Source of the DNA: Eledone cirrhosa
Lineage: Eukaryota
Reading direction: 5' to 3'
Length of the DNA: 64,000 nucleotides
Assembly: GCA_964016885.1 (NCBI GenBank)
Contig: OZ024746.1
Location: forward strand, 26,660,001 to 26,724,000
A model generated the notes under the pieces. The model saw only the letters and a program-made list of their open reading frames with translations, was not told the origin of the DNA and searched no databases. A program made the position numbers and the translations under genes. Within the stretch, counting starts at the first letter, position 1. Each line of letters starts with the position of its first letter. Shown here piece by piece: positions 57,383 to 64,000 of this stretch.

Positions 57383-58434
57383 CCATAGTTTACTATTTGG
57401 ATGAGAATAGATTTACTTTCAGTTGTAGAGACCGGCGTATCTATTTATAATCCCAATTTTAGTAGGAGAGATAAAAGTAGAGGGAGAGAAGGACGGGGTG
57501 AGAGGATGGTGAGAGAAAAAAGAGAAAGTTAAGTGAGAGAGAGAGGGGGAGAGGGAGAGGGGTAGGGAGCGAGTGAAAGTAATATGTAGGATGGAGGACG
57601 TGTGAATGGAGGGAGAAGAAGAGAGTAGTTAAGTGTAACAATGAATAACTACTTTTATCTTAACTTTAGGTCAAACGTCTATTTTACTTTATTTCATTGA
57701 TGGGAAACATTTATTTCGTAGAAGTGTCATTTTAAACGTTTAGAATCACACACAAACACAAATCTTGGTTTTATATATATTATGTTTCTCTCAGTGCCAA
57801 AACTTCCAACAAAGGTTTTGATGCTAAGAAGTAAATGCTATTTATGTTAAAATATTTGTTTTTCATATTGTAATATTTTCAATTTCTTCTGATAAAGAAA
57901 TTCGCGTTTAATTTATTGTGTATTGTTTTGTTTGTCTGTTTGTTTTGTTGTTTTTTTTTCTTTTATTTTCGATATTCCATAACCTCCGCTGAGAAAATAC
58001 CACAATTCTTGGGATATTCCACACTTTCATTATGAAACATAAGACGGAAGTGTTACAATACATGTGACCTCCTACACAGCATCACACTGTCATAGTAATA
58101 GTAAAATATATGTCAGTTTCCATAAACGCTGAAACATAACTGAAAGTAAACAATTATCATTTAGTAAATATAGAATATTAAAGAGGTTATATTTTATATT
58201 ACGTGCATGTGGTTAAAATGTCTGAAGAATGAATCAATGGACAGATTTGACGGACAAAACCAACTGGCAGGGTACCCTGGGTGCAACCCGAGTAAGACGG
58301 TAGGGTAAAATACATGAGATCGGCTGGTCTAAATTGAGTATCCAGCCAGATCAAATATTGATTAAATAGATCATCAATAGTTTTGGAGGATTGGGGGTCA
58401 TCCTTCTCTCTCCGTATTACATGAGTTATAATTT

Positions 58435-58955
58435 ATAGGTCTGTTAATTTTCTCCAGTGTATAGGTGTGGTGATTTTCTCCATTCTATAGGTGTGGGGAT
58501 TTTCTCCATTCTATAGGTGTGGTGATTTTCTCCATTCTATAGGTGTGGGGATTTTCTCCAGTCTATAGGTGTGGTGATTTTATCCAGTCTATAGGTGTGG
58601 CGATCTTCTCCAGTCTATAGGTGTGGTGATTTTCTCCATTCTATAGGTGTGGGGATTTTCTCCAGTCTATAGGTGTGGTGATTTTCTCCAGTCTATAGGT
58701 GTGGTGATCTTCTCCAGTCTATAGGTGTGGTGATTTTCTCCATTCTATAGGTGTGGTGATTTTCTCCAGTCTATAGGTGTGGTGGTGATTTTCTCCAGTC
58801 TATAGGTGTGGTGATTTTCTCCAGTCTCTAGGTGTCGGGGATTTTCTCCTGTCTATAGGTGTGGTGATTTTCTCCAGTCTATAGGTGTGGTTATTTTCTC
58901 CTGTCTATAGGTATGGTGATTTTCTCCATTCTATAGGTGTCGGGGATTTTCTTCA
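58435..58955. repeat. 26-bp minisatellite (~20 copies)
   Basis: Same repeat unit; the order of variants nearly matches 33882-34400. Confidence 0.95.
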
Positions 58956-59423
58956 AGATTTGTAAGTCGTATATTTAGTTTGACTTAGTACAATATTTCT
59001 ATGAGTGAACTACTTGAGTGTCTGGTTGATGTGTTAATGTTACTACAATAGAAATAATTACCTATAGGAAAATAATAATAGTATGCACAGTTCATTACTG
59101 GTATCTTTGGATCAACACATCTATCAACAAATCTACCAACTAATCTATCAGATGTCACGATAAATCTCTGGTCAAAATATTTACCATTAATCACTTGTTT
59201 GTACACTTCTCTTTTATTTTAAACCTATTCATATAACTATGTGGTCTTGTCATCGTGTTGGAGTTCTTCAGATTGGTTCCTTCCAATCCTTTGGAACACA
59301 TAATAACTGCTTGTGTACACCTGTCTTCGGAGAATCCTGCAACAATTTAATAATCAAAATTCAATATATATATATATAGTGACGAAACATAAGTCAATTG
59401 CATGAACTCATAATCCTTTATTT

Positions 59424-59479
59424 ACTGCTATATATATTTCGATGATAGTCATTGAATGACTATGACCTCATCAGGCAGT
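59424..59479 (-). ncRNA. Type I hammerhead ribozyme, family A, intact core
   Basis: Identical to 34871-34926; element ~59379-59543. Confidence 0.85.
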
Positions 59480-60881
59480 TAGTCATTTCTTAGATATGCC
59501 AGCTCTGTGTTTATAGTGTTGATGGTATCAGAGCCTTGGGACATATATATATATATATATATGGTAGGGAGGTGTAGGCATGATTCTCATGCTGAATACA
59601 GGAAATATTTATGCATCAGTCATGTAATAAGAAATGATACTAATAATTACTCCTGACAGAAATCTAAGAGAAAACATTCAAGGAAAAAAGGTGTATCTAA
59701 TCAAAATGACTTCAGTACATCACAGGTGTTATTTTATTGATTTTCGATGATTTGAAATCAAACCTTAATGACATAACTAATTAACGTGAATCTAACATCT
59801 AACCTAATGATAATTGTTTATATTAATATCATTTTTTGCATAGACACAATAGCACAAAGCATAATCTATTATATCTATTTTGGTACAATATGCTATATTA
59901 TCTATTATATCTATTTTGGTACAGTATGCTATATTATGTTCTCGTCATTATTATTGTTTGTGTCATGGCTTCAGTTTATGGTTTCTATGGCTTTAGTTTA
60001 TGTTTTTTTTCATCAGAATCCGGCATATTTGGGGAGAAAACAGTGTCAACCAGGACACATTAATAAGCCGGATGGAATAATGTGACTGATCATACAAACT
60101 GAGGTAATCCCGGCCACAACAGGAAATACAGTCTGTCTATCCACATACATTTATACATATAAACTGATCTCCATTCCTTTTACTGTAACACAACTAATAT
60201 GTGGCTGGGTACTAATGTTAAACATTACTATTATTATTCGGATCCGGCTATCAGCTGAGTTTATCATAAAGGCTGCCCCACCGCCCTTTTTAACCAGGAA
60301 CGGTAGGCAGTTTTTATCTGCCTAGTGGCCATGGTGATAGAGATCATATGTTTTTAGGATTCACTTGAAAAGGAAAATCGGGGTGGAGAGGGAAGTGCTG
60401 ATTTCCAGCCAGTTTATTGAAAGATGGGTGAGAGATGTAATAATGGCCCGTGTGAATGTGTCTGCCCTGAGCGTGTGCCTGTATTACTGAAGGAAGACAA
60501 TGCTTGCCTTAACAGTCTGGGTGACCTTGGCTTATGTAGGCTTTCTCCACATGTAACCATTAGAGTCTCCTAGCCTTTGGGGATTTATGTTTGTTGTATT
60601 AAATGTTTATTGCGTTAATATCTGTTATAAATATTATTTTACACAAAAAAATCTACAAGAAAGCATTTGGGAGTACCGGTAGAGCGTAGAGTTAAGTCCC
60701 TTTACATTCTGAGTTCAAATCCCGCCGCGGTTAACTTTGCCTTTCTTCCTTACGGGGTCGATAAAATAAAGCAGCAATTTAAACATTCATACCTGATATA
60801 CATAAACAGAACATTATCTTGCTTCACACCCACCCACCCGCACACACACGTATGTGTGTGTGCGGGTGGGTGTGTGTGTGT

Positions 60882-60913
<32 letters not shown>

Positions 60914-61611
60914 CTGTGTGTGTGTGAATAAACAACCAGGATTAAATTAAATCATTTAATATTTTACGAATGATACATAAAAGAAAAGAATGAAAATAAA
61001 TGTAGTTAAAATAGATGTTGATAAATGTAAAAGTTGGTGTTTACAAATGTTTAATTGTTCTTTTCAAGTGGCTTGGGAAATACACTATTGAGGCAATAAT
61101 TTCTTCGTTATTTTGATACATAGATTTATTTATTTATTTTGATAGATAGTAACCGTATACTACGAATAAACTTACATTAATATATTGCCATTTATACATA
61201 ATCAATCATTAATTAATACACATTGTCTTCAATTAACAAAGTATTTTTGACAAATTTATAAAAGATGCAATATTTGAAAAAATCGGATTGAAAATATGTA
61301 AAAATATAGCCCTGACATAAAATTTTATGAGCAACATCAAATTAAGCCCTGTACTTAACCAGCCATTAAATTGATTCTTCTCAATATTTTACTAAACTTT
61401 TAGACACATTCAATTTTTTCCAAATATCAGTTGTTAAAATGTTACCCAAACATACATCGTACTGTTTCGAAAATTACTTTTGAATTATATTTGTATACAC
61501 AGATAATTAAGACTTTACAAAATAAAGTGTTCAAAAACTATTTTTTTTTTACCTTCTCTCTCTCTAACTCTCACTCTCGACACACACACATACATTCATG
61601 CAGACACACAA

Positions 61612-61680
<69 letters not shown>

Positions 61681-61712
61681 TTTACATATATATATTTATA
61701 TATATATACATT

Positions 61713-61749
<37 letters not shown>

Positions 61750-62358
61750 TAAAACCCAGATAGACCATAACCCACCAGAGTACTTGATATTTGGGGTAGT
61801 AGAGTGGGTAACATGAAAAGATTCAGGACCCCGACGGCTGAACTCCGGCCGTTTCGACAGCTAGATCAAAACTAAAGCGCCAGTAGTCGTGATTGAGGAA
61901 GTGGTTTTTATACCGGCTCTCTCACATACCCACATATCTCCAGGATTCGTTTCTTGATATTGATTCAATGAAGAGACCTCAGATCGTAAATTATCGCTGG
62001 GTTGATGCATTTTTGATCCTGCGGTCATGACTCCGATTATTTACAAGAACATCCAATTTACCAATTCATTTACTTCGGCACAGGTTGAAAGAGTTGTCCC
62101 TCCGGCCCACGAAACGTACGACTCTCGTATGGCGCCATTGTAGTAACAATAAATGTAGAAGAACAGATGTAGGCTTCAATAGATTTTGCTTTTGATATTT
62201 ATACGGAAATATATTTAATGAAATAAGTCGACCGAATTCAACTTAACCACAGTGACAAATACCAAAATATAGAGACCTGCAAAATTCTCATAAACATTTT
62301 CTCAAAATAAAATAGTTTCAAAGTTCAATTTACCTGCCATAGCTTCTCACACACACAC

Positions 62359-62489
<131 letters not shown>

Positions 62490-64000
62490 CAGGTAAATGA
62501 CCCATTCCCGATCGTGTACTCATTTAATTGTAAGATGTCTTTCTTCACATATTTTCCCATTTATCCAATGATTATTCTTCAGTATCTTCTCTTTCTTTTC
62601 TTTTAATTATTCTATTTTAACTATCTATGTGTATTGTAGGAGAAATTTTCACAGTTGGGGAGGTGACATTCAGTGTTCTACAATCATGTAGTTGCTGCTA
62701 AATGAGAGTTTACAATATTCTTTGTTTATTTTTGTAGTAATTGGGACATTCCTACACTATAACCATATCTATTGTCTAATGCTCTCCATAACTGACCATC
62801 TCTTCATCAATTTAGCTATTATTTATCTTGAAATTCATTATGAAATCTGTCTATAAATTTATTTACACAGTGGCGTATGATTTCGCGAAGATTTAGTTCC
62901 TGCTTCTGTGTAGAAATCCCCAATATACCTAATTTAAATATTTATCACTGATCCAGAATGTAATTATTCTCTTAAAATATAATAAAATATTTCTGGTTTT
63001 AATTACTGATGAAGTTTAAATATTTCCTTGTTTAATTAATAGAATCTTTAAACCTTTTTTTCTCCTCCAGATTGGCAATATACATTGGTTTTATACATCT
63101 CAACATGGATGACATTGATATATATTCTTTTATTTTCAGATATTCCAGTTGTTTTCAAAAGTCCAAAACAAGTAATACCCTCAGCGCCCCCAATCCTATT
63201 TCCAGAGAGACCTGCCTACACGCAAGTTGTAAATAATATATAACAAATAAAATAGTTAATTTTTATATAATAAAATAATGTAATATATTCTATGTATAAA
63301 TAAATATTATATATTTTTTATTTTACTATATTGATATATATTGTTATACTTGGGGAGGGTCATATTTGTGTAATATTGCCAGAATTAATAATAGAACACA
63401 CTTACTGTTGGGTTGGTTTTCGCTTTTCACTTCTGTGTCTTTTATATCGGTAATCTAATTTATTCGGTCCTCGATGTTGCCATTCACTGACCAACAGTCA
63501 AAAATAATAGAGATACAATATAGACACAAACACATATATATAGTTTATCAAAGTTCTTTCGTTGTACATCTTTAACATCGTCAGTGGTGCTATTGTTTCC
63601 TCCCCTTACATTGTATTTTCTACGCCATCTTAATTTAGTCTGTTTATATATTTATTTATTTGTTTATTTTATTTTGACTTCTTTGCGCATGCGTTTGCGT
63701 GTGTGTATAGTGTTTTGTTTGATGTGTGTTCGTGATTGGGTGACTGTGTATTGGTTAATGTATTCTATCTTTACTAGTGTGTGTTTATATGTGTTTGTTG
63801 TTATTGTGCTTGTGTATGTATTTATTTATTTATTTATCTATTTATTTATTTATTTATACTTCTCTTAGGTCAGTGTTGTTTGTTGGGTGTTGTTATTCCA
63901 TTCATTCTTTCTGTTTAGCCTTGGCCTTCTAAGATCTATTTCACTGGCCTCTCTGATTTGCCTATCTGCTGGGTCATTTCTATGTTTAGATATTATTCTA

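Overview
AT-rich, microsatellite-dense animal genomic DNA. It is probably from an octopus or related cephalopod, inferred from a tRNA-derived SINE fragment and the (TA)n/(CA)n/(GA)n density. The window is a tandem array of ~12-12.7 kb units; equivalent anchors lie at 1, 12061, 31656, 44330 and 56213, with a partial ~24.5 kb higher-order alternation. Each unit carries a minus-strand 5-exon gene that the ORF track does not show as one ORF. Manual GT-AG splicing gives a 263-aa secreted-type, helix-rich protein with intron phases 1,0,0,0 and exon-by-exon resemblance to IL-6-family long-chain four-helix cytokines. Three copies are intact, one has an exon-1 frameshift, and one has the same frameshift and is cut by the window edge. 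The unit also holds an inverted, internally deleted gene fragment, a 26-bp VNTR upstream of the gene, two families of short (TA)n-flanked hammerhead-ribozyme elements (family B absent from units 3 and 5), and decayed RTE, R4/Dong-like and Penelope-like fragments. Unit 2 has a young ~6.9 kb head-to-head palindromic insertion of a Penelope-like (Naiad-type) retroelement, with open RT+GIY-YIG frames on both arms. All family assignments are by eye and from memory; no searches were run.
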